Shown here one piece after another: positions 8,886 through 18,247 of a DNA stretch of 64,000 nt. A model generated the notes under the pieces. That model was not told the DNA's origin. It did no database searches and saw nothing but the letters and a program-made list of their open reading frames with translations. Where the stretch lies: the NCBI GenBank assembly GCA_035530075.1, contig DATKVM010000009.1, forward strand, positions 1,718 through 65,717, written 5' to 3'. The DNA comes from Patescibacteria group bacterium (lineage in GTDB: Bacteria > Patescibacteriota > Microgenomatia > UM-FILTER-40-11). The number at the start of each line of letters is the position of its first letter. Within the stretch, counting starts at the first letter, position 1. The position numbers and the translations under genes are program-made.

Positions 8886-10248
8886 AGCCTAAAATTTCGT
8901 ATTCACCGGTCGCGGGAATAGTAAATTCAGAGGACCAAGTGTTAGTTTTTGACCCGCCCGCCAGTTTATCACTCATTTTTACCCCACCCTTTTTAATTCT
9001 CACGGCCACATTTTCCACCGTCCCCGAAAAGGTAATTGTTGCCCTAATACTATCCCCCACTTTAAGGTCAGTTAATCCGCCTGTTGTTCCATCAGGCAAG
9101 ACCTTGACCAAGGTCAAATTGGTGCAGCAAGGCTCTACCCCTGTGGTTGGGGTTGGAGTGGGCGTGGTCTTTGTGGTTGGGGTTGGAGTGGGCGTGGTGC
9201 AACCAGAATTTTGCCAGCGGAGAACGCCATAACCATTGGGATAATAATGTCCTCCTCCAACTTGGTCTCTGAGATCCACCTGACACCGGCCACAACCACC
9301 AGGCGGGCTACAGCTAACGGTTTCATCTTTACATTCACCAGGATTTACGGTAAAGCTCGCTCCCGACCAACTCCCTCCACAAGTCCCACAACCAGGAGAA
9401 CCCGAGCAACTGCCTACAGCTTTCTCATAATTGTAAGTTCTCGCCCCATCACAACTTGACGGCAAACAAGCATGGATAGTTACTGCCGCACTTCCTCCCT
9501 CTCGACAATCAGACCCAGAAGAAACTGCCCCCGAATAACTAATATTATAAAAATTACAATCCCCATTATCCGAGCCCCCTCCACAAGGATTGTTTAGACC
9601 TGCCTCCTCGCATGACTTAACTGTGCCAAAGGTACATGCTTTACAAGTGGTCCCTTCACACCAACCATCTTGAAGATCAACATAGTTACATGCCTGGTCA
9701 CACCCCCAACGGCCATCACTGTCGCAAGTACTCCAACCAGGAGCATGTCCGTTACAAGGGTGATTGGGATTATCCGTATAATTGCAGACTGATTCCGCCT
9801 TTTTTTGTAATCCCATTCCCCCTTTTTGGACTGTCAAGTAACCTAAAACTCCCCCTACAGCCAGGATAAAGAAAAGCAAAGCCAAAACAACCGCTTTGCC
9901 GGCTGAAGATTTTTTCTTTGGTGGTGCTACAACAGTTTCCGGCTCAGCCACTGGCGGGGGCGGCGGAAAGCTTGGTCCTTCCGGCGGCAATGGGGCTGCT
10001 GGCTCAGAAGGAGGAACTGGCGGCACAGGAGGTGCTTCTGGTGTTTCTGGTAAAGGCACTATTGGCAACGGCTCTGCAGGTAAATCAGGAGCGTGCCAAG
10101 ACGGCTGGTTAGCAGCAGGTTGACTAGCTACCGGTTCTGGAGGAACGACCGGGGCGACAGGCGGCGCTGCTGGCGGCGGGGCAGCATCAGTACTCGTCCC
10201 CGAGAACGGGGACACTACTGGATTGGTATCATCATCCATTATTACCAT
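8857..10248 (-). CDS. Cysteine-rich surface protein with a proline-rich N-terminal tail, a single TM and a TPTPTP linker
   Basis: More than 40 Cys in the external domain. PPVPPVPP-type N-terminus, then TM helix AVVLALLFFILAVGGVLGYL. Confidence 0.55.
   Translation of the reverse strand: MVIMDDDTNPVVSPFSGTSTDAAPPPAAPPVAPVVPPEPVASQPAANQPSWHAPDLPAEPLPIVPLPETPEAPPVPPVPPSEPAAPLPPEGPSFPPPPPVAEPETVVAPPKKKSSAGKAVVLALLFFILAVGGVLGYLTVQKGGMGLQKKAESVCNYTDNPNHPCNGHAPGWSTCDSDGRWGCDQACNYVDLQDGWCEGTTCKACTFGTVKSCEEAGLNNPCGGGSDNGDCNFYNISYSGAVSSGSDCREGGSAAVTIHACLPSSCDGARTYNYEKAVGSCSGSPGCGTCGGSWSGASFTVNPGECKDETVSCSPPGGCGRCQVDLRDQVGGGHYYPNGYGVLRWQNSGCTTPTPTPTTKTTPTPTPTTGVEPCCTNLTLVKVLPDGTTGGLTDLKVGDSIRATITFSGTVENVAVRIKKGGVKMSDKLAGGSKTNTWSSEFTIPATGEYEILGFVKVGGVWK
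9137..9196. repeat. Tandem direct repeat (about 27 bp, two copies) encoding the TPTPTPTT linker
   Basis: GGTTGGGGTTGGAGTGGGCGTGGT occurs twice in tandem inside the CDS. Confidence 0.7.
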
Positions 10249-10302
10249 AATAAAGAAGCAAAAAAGAAAGAGTCAATAGGTAATCTTGTCTTTGAAGCAA
10301 AA

Positions 10303-11130
10303 TTATTGAGTGTTTTGGTATAAAAGCCAATCGGCGCTGTTGACTACCCCGTTCTTATCCAAATCAAACTCCGCACTGCTGCTGCCAAAATGACTCTGAA
10401 AATCTTGGAGAGTATAACTGGTAGTGGCGGAAGAAGTGGCTTCGCTAGTAGTAGGCGTTGCTTCCGTCGTAGGGACCGTTTCTATCGGAGAAACAACCGT
10501 TGGGGTAACGGTTGGACTGGGTGCTGCTGGTGGCTTAGTCAAAAAACTGCGCGTTGGTCCCATTTTTTTACCATTATGGACGACCTGATAATAGTAGGTA
10601 GTTGAAGCGAGCAAGGGGGTCAACCTAATCCGGTGGTTCAAAGAAGCCATTGTTTCCGGCACTTGTAAGAGAAGAGCTCCTTGGCTCATACCATAAGTCA
10701 CTTCCATTTGACAAGTTTTGCCGGTTTGGAAAGTAATTTCGACCGAGGAAGCGGTCAAATTCGACTCGGTCAAACTTTCTGGTTCACAACTTCCTTGAGC
10801 GCTGGAAATGAAAGCCCTGATTTTACCAAAACCGGCAACCAGTCCTGCTAAGACTAAAACTAAAACTGCTACCATAACAACACTTTTACTCGTTCCCCCT
10901 CCTTTAGGTTTTTCCGCCGCCGCAAAAGTGGACACCGTTGATGGCGGAGCGGGAGATTGAGGGGAAACTACCGCCGATTCCGTCTTAAAACCAGCGGCTT
11001 TAAAACCGGTTCCGGGAACAAAGGGATCAGGCGGGCCGGAATTTGGTTTTGGGTCCAAAGCCGGACTAGAATTATTATCAGGAATTGAGCCGAAATTGGG
11101 ATTTGGTGATTGACTGGCGGCAGTATCCAT
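10303..11130 (-). CDS. Membrane-anchored protein with a fibronectin-III/PAP-N-like domain and a C-terminal dockerin-like Ca-binding repeat
   Basis: C-terminal DLDKNGVVNSADWLLY matches a dockerin repeat (DxNxDGxVNxxD). N-terminal Pro-rich tail and TM helix VMVAVLVLVLAGLVAGF. Confidence 0.55.
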   Translation of the reverse strand: MDTAASQSPNPNFGSIPDNNSSPALDPKPNSGPPDPFVPGTGFKAAGFKTESAVVSPQSPAPPSTVSTFAAAEKPKGGGTSKSVVMVAVLVLVLAGLVAGFGKIRAFISSAQGSCEPESLTESNLTASSVEITFQTGKTCQMEVTYGMSQGALLLQVPETMASLNHRIRLTPLLASTTYYYQVVHNGKKMGPTRSFLTKPPAAPSPTVTPTVVSPIETVPTTEATPTTSEATSSATTSYTLQDFQSHFGSSSAEFDLDKNGVVNSADWLLYQNTQ

Positions 11131-11136
11131 TTTAAC

Positions 11137-11784
11137 CTAAAAAACAAAAGCTAAGCCTAACAATGTTAACAAAGCGCCTGCACCAAGAAAAAGAATTGTG
11201 GGCAAAGTTATCCCGCTGACCGGCGGTTCAGGGGTGGGCGTTGCCGTTTCAATCCCTCCGCCTAAACCAACCGCTGTTCCCGAAATGGTATAACTACCGC
11301 TTTTGGTCCCAGTACAATCAATAATGTCTTTGGGGGTTACCGAAGTATCAAAAAGATTGGAATCGCTACTTTGACTCGAACAAACAAAGGTAAAGTCACT
11401 GGTCCCCGCAGTTTTACCTTTAAGGGTAATCGTGGCTAGTTTGCCACTACCACTGGCACTCTGACCGGCTTCGGCAAAGGAACCACTAATATAAAGAGTC
11501 CCGGAATAAATATTTTGGGTTACTTCCGGAAACAATGTCCCCTTTTGAACCTTGACTATCTGTAAAACCGTAGAATTGAAAGTGATTTTGGCGTCAGCCG
11601 CGGAAATGGCCTTGCCGGCCGTATCAACATTCAAATCGACATTAAATTCCAAGTTCGCTGATTTACTGGCGGTAGCGGGAGCCAAAGAGAAAGTCTGACC
11701 CCTCGCCGGCGAGACATTAACCAGTCCCAAAATAAATAAAAGAGAAATCCAAAAGAAAACTTTTTTCAATTTAAGAGTCAACAT
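11137..11784 (-). CDS. Secreted cohesin-like domain protein with a C-terminal TM anchor
   Basis: Signal peptide present. The ANLEFNVDLNVDTAGKAISAADAKITFNSTVLQIVKVQKG pattern resembles a cohesin beta-sandwich. Lies next to the dockerin-like gene. Confidence 0.45.
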   Translation of the reverse strand: MLTLKLKKVFFWISLLFILGLVNVSPARGQTFSLAPATASKSANLEFNVDLNVDTAGKAISAADAKITFNSTVLQIVKVQKGTLFPEVTQNIYSGTLYISGSFAEAGQSASGSGKLATITLKGKTAGTSDFTFVCSSQSSDSNLFDTSVTPKDIIDCTGTKSGSYTISGTAVGLGGGIETATPTPEPPVSGITLPTILFLGAGALLTLLGLAFVF

Positions 11785-11785
11785 T

Positions 11786-12385
11786 TTAATGAATCACTAA
11801 TTTAAGATTACCACGATCAAATAAAATTTTCTTGCTACTACCGCTCTCGGTAATAACTGTTTGTGGCCCTTCACCTTCGACAATCACGGCGACTTCACTT
11901 TCGCCTGTCTTTAGCCCTTTAAGAGTGAGTGTTAACAGTTTGACTCCTTTATCTAGCCAGTATCCACCCGGGTTCTCCTCTAAAAAGGTTAATAAAATTT
12001 TTCCTTCTTTCTCCCCTTCTCGATTCTGAGTTACCGAAGAAAAAAGCCGGTCGGTAGTAATCTGAGTTAATTCCGCTAGCTGAGAATCGAAATTTAAGAC
12101 TAAACGAATGCCATCCAGCCGCAATTTCCTTTTAGGCGATAGAACTAAATCAAAACTAGCCGTCTCCCCTTTTCTAATAGACGCTCCGCCCGGAGCAAAA
12201 GTCAGTTTCACCGCTGCTCCGCCAACTTCTTGCAACTCGGGCGCGGGAATGTAAGCTAATTGCTTAGGGGGAGCATTCCTTTTCAGCCGATTTACCAAAA
12301 ACACCGCCTGAAAGATAATCACTAAAGACAAAATAGGGATCAGCCAAGGCAAAAAGTTCCCCCCCCAAACAGTCTTTTTTTTCAT
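11786..12385 (-). CDS. Hypothetical membrane-anchored protein (possibly a second cohesin-like domain)
   Basis: N-terminal TM helix. LVLNFDSQLAELTQI matches the cohesin-like pattern. 1-bp spacing to the downstream gene. Confidence 0.4.
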   Translation of the reverse strand: MKKKTVWGGNFLPWLIPILSLVIIFQAVFLVNRLKRNAPPKQLAYIPAPELQEVGGAAVKLTFAPGGASIRKGETASFDLVLSPKRKLRLDGIRLVLNFDSQLAELTQITTDRLFSSVTQNREGEKEGKILLTFLEENPGGYWLDKGVKLLTLTLKGLKTGESEVAVIVEGEGPQTVITESGSSKKILFDRGNLKLVIH

Positions 12386-12489
12386 CTTAAAGGCAAAAAG
12401 CCACCAGTTTCCATCGGCCTCCTACCATAATAAAGAGAAAGGAAAAGTTCTGTCAAGGATGAAATTGGCAAACTAAACTGGTTGGGGAC

Positions 12490-13590
12490 TTATTTAAGGT
12501 ATGTCAGGGGGTCAACAGTTCGGTCTTTTTCTCTAATTTCAAAGTGAAGATGAGACCCGGTGCTACGCCCGGTGGAACCCATCAGACCAATAACGTCCCC
12601 TCTTTTGACCGTTTGGCCAATGTTAACTGAAATTTTAGATAGATGGCCGTAAAGGGTGCTAAAACCATTACCATGGTCAATGATAACTCGATTGCCGTAA
12701 CCAACATTATCTAGCCAGCCGGCAACAATTACCTTGCCGGAATCGGCCGCCAAAATCGGGGTACCGGATTTATTAGCAATGTCAATCGCTCGATGGTACC
12801 AGCTAAACGCTTGGGAAATCCGGCCCGAGGTCGGCCAGACAAAAGTTCCCGAAGCGACGACTGTCCCCGCATCCGGGGTCTGGCGGGCCAAATACTGGCG
12901 AGTCGGAGCTCCTGGCTGAGGCATCTCGCCGTCGGGAACAATTAAAATTTGGCCGACAGCCAACTCAAAAGTTTCATCATTAGTGAAAGTATTGAAAGGG
13001 TAATCGACAATCGCCTGAGGATCACTCCCGTAATATTTAGCCACCGAATAAACTGTATCCCCTTTTTTGACTTTATGGACAACACCAGTGACGGGCGAAA
13101 TCTTTATCGTCTGCCCGGGTTTAAGGGAAATTGAAGTGTTTAAATCGTTAGCCCAACGGATAGTGTCCACGGAAACACCAAATTTCTGAGCAATACCGGA
13201 CAATGTATCACCCGTTTGAACAGTATAGTCAATAATCTCCGCCCGCGGTTTGTCAGAAACAAAGGTGGCCGTTTCCATTTCGGCTTCGGTGGTCGAAGAA
13301 AGAACAGCTGAAGGAGCGGGTGTTTGGGCAAAAGAGTTGCCCGAAAAAGCAGGAAAAGAATTGGCGATAATCGGAGCAAGTAAGATTCCCAGAATTACGA
13401 GTCCACCCATTCCCGAATGAATAAAAGGTCGGGCAAGCTTACCTCTGCCTTCATAAAGCTTTTCCGCCGCTAAGCTCTTCGCTCCTTCTAGGCTCCGCAA
13501 AGAAGAATAAATCCTCACGAAAAGAAAGCGATACCAACCCAACAAAAAATCCCGTAAGTCTTTGAGGAAAGACTTTATCATATGACTCAA
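12490..13590 (-). CDS. Peptidase M23 family protein with two LysM domains
   Basis: Two LysM motifs (YTVQTGDTLSGIAQKFGV and HKVKKGDTVYSVAKYYG). C-terminal M23 signature HxxxD...HLHFE. Confidence 0.8.
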   Translation of the reverse strand: MSHMIKSFLKDLRDFLLGWYRFLFVRIYSSLRSLEGAKSLAAEKLYEGRGKLARPFIHSGMGGLVILGILLAPIIANSFPAFSGNSFAQTPAPSAVLSSTTEAEMETATFVSDKPRAEIIDYTVQTGDTLSGIAQKFGVSVDTIRWANDLNTSISLKPGQTIKISPVTGVVHKVKKGDTVYSVAKYYGSDPQAIVDYPFNTFTNDETFELAVGQILIVPDGEMPQPGAPTRQYLARQTPDAGTVVASGTFVWPTSGRISQAFSWYHRAIDIANKSGTPILAADSGKVIVAGWLDNVGYGNRVIIDHGNGFSTLYGHLSKISVNIGQTVKRGDVIGLMGSTGRSTGSHLHFEIREKDRTVDPLTYLK

Positions 13591-13671
13591 GTCTAAATTG
13601 AGCTCAATCAGAATAGCATAACGAAGAAGAGAAAGTCAAAAATTTGCAATAAGTAAAAAGCTATTAACCAA

Positions 13672-15039
13672 TTACCCCTTGCTCAGGCTTTCCAAAAACT
13701 CTTTATTCTTTTTCGTTTTCTTCAACCGCTCCACAATCACTTCGGTTCGCTCATCAGGACTAAGAATATCAATCATCCGGCGCATAGTGACAATTTTTTC
13801 GTAGGTCTTTTTGTCGAACAAAAGCTCTTCCTGGCGAGTTCCTGAACGCTGAATATCGAAAGCCGGAAAGACCCGTCTTTCGGCCAAACGCCGATCCAAG
13901 TGCAACTCCAAGTTGCCGGTACCCTTGAACTCTTCATAAATCAAATCATCCATACGGGAGCCCGTATCAATTAAGCAAGTGCCAATAATGGTTAAACTGC
14001 CCCCTTTATCAATATTCCGGGCCGCTCCCAAAAAGTGCTTAGCGGGGAATAAGGCCGCCGGGTCAAAACCGCCGGACAGAGTCCGACCGGAAGTGGGCAT
14101 CGCCAAATTGTAGGCCCGCGCCAAGCGGGTAATGGAGTCCAGAACAATTACCACATCTCTCCCCTGCTCAACTAACCGCTTGGCTCGCTCAAGGGCGAGT
14201 TCGGCAATATGAGTTTGTTCTTCCGGGGCTTCATCAAAATTAGAAGCATAAACTTCCCCGTCACCATTCGTTACAGTCTTAATGTGCTGTTGAATATCGG
14301 TCACCTCTTCCGGCCGCTCACCAATTAAAACCGCCATTAAGTGAACCCCTGTTTTGCTCGCTTCACCACTAGTTGAACCGCTGGTGACATTGGGATAATT
14401 TTTAGCTACCCCCGCCGCGATATCTTTAATTAAATATGTTTTTCCGGCTTTAGGGGGAGAAACAATCAGGCCGCGTTGTCCCTTACCAATCGGGCTAACT
14501 AAATCCATTAGCCGAGTGGAAATTATCTCCGGCTCAGTTTCCAAAACCAAGTGCTCATTGGGAAAAATTGGCGTCAGTTGGTCAAACCAAGGCCGACCCA
14601 TCACTTTTTCCGCCGGTTCCCCATTAACGGTTTCCACTTTTAAAAGCCCCCAATAGCGCTCGTTTTCCTTTGGCCGCCGGGCCTGGCCACCGATAATATC
14701 ACCAGGACGCAGTTGAAAACGACGAATTTGAGAAGAAGAGATATAAATATCGTGATCAGAAGGCATACCTTCAGGCCGCAGATAACCGTGGCCGGCAGCG
14801 GTTAAATCCAAAACCCCGGCTACCGGTTCAGTGGGCAAACCAGCGTCGGGAATTACTCGATCATCGACCACTCCGTTAAAACCATTGACGGAAGAGCCAA
14901 CCAGCCGAGGCGTGAACTGCTTTTCCGTTCCCGTTTTCGCCGGCTCTGGTCCACCAATAATATCCTCCACCGTAATCGAGGGGGAAACAAAATCGTTTTT
15001 TACCTGTTCATCAGGCAAAGAAGAGACTTTCTTGACCAT
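13672..15039 (-). CDS. rho: Transcription termination factor Rho
   Basis: RNA-binding OB-fold region, Walker A SPPKAGKT, and the conserved FPAFDIQRSGTRQEELL region. Confidence 0.9.
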   Translation of the reverse strand: MVKKVSSLPDEQVKNDFVSPSITVEDIIGGPEPAKTGTEKQFTPRLVGSSVNGFNGVVDDRVIPDAGLPTEPVAGVLDLTAAGHGYLRPEGMPSDHDIYISSSQIRRFQLRPGDIIGGQARRPKENERYWGLLKVETVNGEPAEKVMGRPWFDQLTPIFPNEHLVLETEPEIISTRLMDLVSPIGKGQRGLIVSPPKAGKTYLIKDIAAGVAKNYPNVTSGSTSGEASKTGVHLMAVLIGERPEEVTDIQQHIKTVTNGDGEVYASNFDEAPEEQTHIAELALERAKRLVEQGRDVVIVLDSITRLARAYNLAMPTSGRTLSGGFDPAALFPAKHFLGAARNIDKGGSLTIIGTCLIDTGSRMDDLIYEEFKGTGNLELHLDRRLAERRVFPAFDIQRSGTRQEELLFDKKTYEKIVTMRRMIDILSPDERTEVIVERLKKTKKNKEFLESLSKG

Positions 15040-15318
15040 AAAATAATGAAACTAAATAGTAACCAAAAATTTGTAAAGGAAAACTAACCGGCGAAAAACC
15101 TGTCGTCAAACTTACCAAGCTTAAGAAATAATTTAAATCTGGGGGTTCATGAAAATTTGAAAACTTGAAAATCAGGAAAACTCTGACTCGGAGTCCTTGC
15201 TACTTCGTAAACAAGCGTATTTAATCACAACTACTCTCTCTTGTCAAGCGGAAGTTAAAAGCCTCCCCTTTCACCCCACATCCTTCCACTCCTTCCACCC
15301 CGGGAGTGGAACAGGTAC

Positions 15319-16104
15319 GACACCTCGGGACTAGCGAAAATTTCGCCACCTCTTTTTCTTTTCTTCCAAAATCAAATGTTTAATGTCTCCCAGTCTCTTC
15401 TGATAGTCAGCTTGGTCTAAAACAAACTTTTTATAACCGCTTTGCGGTTGAAAACTTTGTTTATAATCATCCCTCGTTTTAAATTGAGTAAGAATAATTT
15501 CTTTTTGGCAAAAACCGTTTTGAATTTTTCCCAAATATTCGGGGAAGGATGAATAAATATAGTCTTCTAGTTCCCCTGCACTTTTGACTATATATGAAGT
15601 TAAAGGATTTAGATGAATGTAACGAGAAACATGGATTAATTGTTCATTGTCTTCAATTCTTACTGCCTTAAATCTTCCCTGGAAAAGTGGTCCGGTTCTT
15701 TCCTGCTTAGTATTGACAAAGCGGGCATAACTATTAGCAATGTTTCCCATAAATTTGGAGATTCCTTTTTCTGCCTTTTGCTTAAGAAGAAAATGTAGAT
15801 GATTAGGCATAAAACAATAACAAACAATGTCTATTAAAAAATTTATCTTCTTTTTTTGTTCTTCCATAATTCTACTTCTCTCTTCTTGCGATAAGGTTAA
15901 GAATCGAGAAAGTTTCATAGGTGGCTTTTGATTCTGATAGTAAATAATTGTGCTTAGAAGTCTTTGATAATCTCTCTGATCAAAAAAGGTAGGTTGGAAG
16001 GAAACGCCCCGATTAAAAACATGGTAAATTTCATCATTAATCAAAGGAATAATTCTTCCTGGCATAAATTTTATTCAATAATAGAAAGAAATTCCCGAGG
16101 TGTC
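15319..16104 (-). mobile_element. IS200/IS605-like RAYT unit with inverted repeats
   Basis: GACACCTCGGGACT (15319-15332) and the imperfect inverse ATTCCCGAGGTGTC (16091-16104; core TCCCGAGGTGTC at 16093-16104) bracket the transposase CDS. Additional REP-like hairpins: CCACTCC...GGAGTGG at 15286-15309, and a second CCCGAGGTGG copy at 16120-16130. Confidence 0.6.
15331..16065 (-). CDS. REP-associated tyrosine transposase (IS200/IS605 TnpA-like, HuH family)
   Basis: HuH motif NHLHFLL and catalytic Tyr context RYIHLNP. 244 aa. Confidence 0.7.
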   Translation of the reverse strand: MPGRIIPLINDEIYHVFNRGVSFQPTFFDQRDYQRLLSTIIYYQNQKPPMKLSRFLTLSQEERSRIMEEQKKKINFLIDIVCYCFMPNHLHFLLKQKAEKGISKFMGNIANSYARFVNTKQERTGPLFQGRFKAVRIEDNEQLIHVSRYIHLNPLTSYIVKSAGELEDYIYSSFPEYLGKIQNGFCQKEIILTQFKTRDDYKQSFQPQSGYKKFVLDQADYQKRLGDIKHLILEEKKKRWRNFR

Positions 16105-16142
16105 AATAGCATTCCACTCCCGAGGTGGAAAGAGGAAAGGAC

Positions 16143-17042
16143 CTAGACAGCGGGTATTGGTTCGGTCCAATCTCCCATATCCCCTGCGGTATATCGGCCG
16201 TCATCCTCAGTAAGATAAAAATGATCATTAAGACTATAGACGGGCACAGCGGCAATCGCCGTGATTGACCGGAAACCAAAGTACTCCTTTGTTTCAGGCG
16301 AGGTCAATGATTCCATTCCTCTCTGGGTGGCGGCACTGACTGCGATAACCACTCTCACCTCTGAAAAAGGAATCTTCTCTTTGGCCAACCCCTCCCTGAT
16401 CATAAGCATGGTAGTAAAAGCACTAACATCCGTGGCAATGCAATCATCGCCAACTACAAAAGTTCGATAATTGGCAATCGAAGGATTTTCTTCTCCTACC
16501 CCTACCCCAACCAACAAGTTGCCATCCTTTGGAATTCGGCTTAAGTGGAAATCATAAATATCCTCATGGGGAAAGCCGTATTTTTGATACTCCTGAGCAA
16601 CGAAAATGCCCCCATTTTTAGGAGGCAAAAGCAGGGCCCTCTCTTTCCCAACTATTTCCCCAACTTCTTCTGCTAAAGCATGATAAACTTTGGCCAAACT
16701 TCGGCAGTATTTCTCTTTGTCTTCAGGTATTCGCGGGCTTCCGGTATTAGCCAGATCAGTTATCTGCCTCATTGCCATTCTTACCTTAGGAAAAGTAAAT
16801 CCCAAAAAACGCATATTTGGGCGGCAGAGACTATTAGCAATAATTCTCTCATCAAGGGGTACCGATACCCTATATCCATCCCTTGAATAACCAAAATCAA
16901 CTACCCAATCATAAGGCCCTTTTTCTTTTTCTCCATTTTCCCCAGCAACACAAAGACAATTTCCTCGCCGGAACAAATAGGCAGGTAAAAATCCATTCCG
17001 GTTTTCCCGATAAACCCTGGGGGCTAAGGCTTCTCCTGACAT
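16143..17042 (-). CDS. Hypothetical protein with a phosphoribosyltransferase-like motif
   Basis: FVVGDDCIATDVSAFT resembles the PRTase type I PRPP-binding loop. Otherwise unrecognised. Immediately downstream of the radical SAM gene. Confidence 0.4.
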   Translation of the reverse strand: MSGEALAPRVYRENRNGFLPAYLFRRGNCLCVAGENGEKEKGPYDWVVDFGYSRDGYRVSVPLDERIIANSLCRPNMRFLGFTFPKVRMAMRQITDLANTGSPRIPEDKEKYCRSLAKVYHALAEEVGEIVGKERALLLPPKNGGIFVAQEYQKYGFPHEDIYDFHLSRIPKDGNLLVGVGVGEENPSIANYRTFVVGDDCIATDVSAFTTMLMIREGLAKEKIPFSEVRVVIAVSAATQRGMESLTSPETKEYFGFRSITAIAAVPVYSLNDHFYLTEDDGRYTAGDMGDWTEPIPAV

Positions 17043-17065
17043 TTTATCCTCCCATGTCTCGTTTT

Positions 17066-18127
17066 TTATATTAAGTTGTGCCAGAAATTGTTCTTTTCTC
17101 TTCCTCTACTAATACCAAATCCTCCAACCCTGTCAATAAAGCTCCAGCTGCAAGAACACCCTCGGCCACCCTGATCATTCTGCCAAGCTTTAAGCCACTG
17201 TGAATAATCTTTTTTTCCTCGAACCCAATCCATGACATTAAACTGATTAGCTAGTTCTCCCCGACGCCAAATGCAAAACGGGATCGTCCCATCAGAAGCC
17301 AAATGCAGAGTTAAAGGGAACGGGGCGGAAGAACATTTATACATCTGGCCTATCCCCAAAGTAGGTAGCAGTTGTAAAAATCTTGTTGAGGGAATCAAAA
17401 AATTGTTTTCTTGTTGCTTTATTTTAACCAATTCTCGGACTATCTTTCTTAGCTGTTGCTGGTCCTGCCCGTCTAAAGCTGTCGTCTGATGGTCGAAACA
17501 AAGAGTTTGTTCCGGACATAAGTTCAAGTAAATCTGTTGTTTTGCCAAAAAGAAGTAGGTTTTTAAGATGTCGGGGAGAGTCTTTTTGTTTATGATGCTG
17601 TTGGCACTCAAAATAAAATCCACTTTGGGAAAATCTTGGCGGAGTATCTGAAGGAAACGCAGTCCCAAAAGGCTTTTTCTTTCGCTCCCTTTCTCCCGAC
17701 CGACTAAATCGGACCAATCGGTTTTTTTAGATTTGTCGTCCAAGCGGTCAATGCTCACAACAAACTTATTGGCTCCCGCCCTAACCAAAGTTTGCCGCTG
17801 TTTTTTATCTCTTAAAACTGAGATCCCGCTGGTTGAGAGAACGACGTTGACCCCTGACAGCTTGTGACTCATGAAATCAATCAGTCTCTCTACTCCCTTT
17901 TTGGCCGTAGGCTCGCCGCCGATCAGAAAAAAGAGTTTAATTCCCAACCACCGGTTTAAAAATTCGACTGCTTGTTGCCACTGTTCAATCGACAACTCCC
18001 TAACAAGGAGCTTCTTTTTCTCCTTCTGCGGCATCTGTGTATAGGGGCAGTAATCACAGCCTTCCATACAGACTTCGCTGATAAAAAGTTGTGCTTGCCT
18101 CGGATAGTTGGTGAGATTACCTTTCAT
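17066..18127 (-). CDS. Radical SAM protein with a C-terminal Cys-rich (SPASM/twitch-like) region
   Basis: CMEGCDYC (Cx3Cx2C) at the N-terminus and GCSCSWSF near the C-terminus. AAGGAGG RBS 6 nt upstream of the ATG. Confidence 0.75.
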   Translation of the reverse strand: MKGNLTNYPRQAQLFISEVCMEGCDYCPYTQMPQKEKKKLLVRELSIEQWQQAVEFLNRWLGIKLFFLIGGEPTAKKGVERLIDFMSHKLSGVNVVLSTSGISVLRDKKQRQTLVRAGANKFVVSIDRLDDKSKKTDWSDLVGREKGSERKSLLGLRFLQILRQDFPKVDFILSANSIINKKTLPDILKTYFFLAKQQIYLNLCPEQTLCFDHQTTALDGQDQQQLRKIVRELVKIKQQENNFLIPSTRFLQLLPTLGIGQMYKCSSAPFPLTLHLASDGTIPFCIWRRGELANQFNVMDWVRGKKDYSQWLKAWQNDQGGRGCSCSWSFIDRVGGFGISRGREKNNFWHNLI

Positions 18128-18156
18128 TAAAGCCTCCTTTGGCTACCGGCTGAATG

Positions 18157-18192
18157 TCGTTTCAAAAAAGACCACCTCTTCGGCGGTCTTTA
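18157..18192 (-). terminator. Intrinsic terminator (hairpin with a CUUCGG-type loop plus U6), proximal copy
   Basis: Minus strand reads AAAGACCGCCGAAGAGGTGGTCTTTTTT. Ends about 30 nt upstream of the radical SAM start codon. Confidence 0.55.
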
Positions 18193-18211
18193 GGTTAATA
18201 AACTTTTTACA

Positions 18212-18247
18212 ATTTTTGGGTATTTTGATCATAAAAAAACCACCTCT
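18212..18247 (-). terminator. Intrinsic terminator, distal tandem copy
   Basis: Minus strand reads AAAACCGTCGAAGAGGTGGTTTTTTT, a near-duplicate of the proximal hairpin. Confidence 0.55.

Noticed and set aside
9137-9196. Short tandem direct repeats that might suggest a CRISPR array
   Set aside because: Only two tandem copies with no spacers. They lie inside a CDS and encode a TPTPTPTT linker. No repeat-spacer architecture occurs anywhere in the window.
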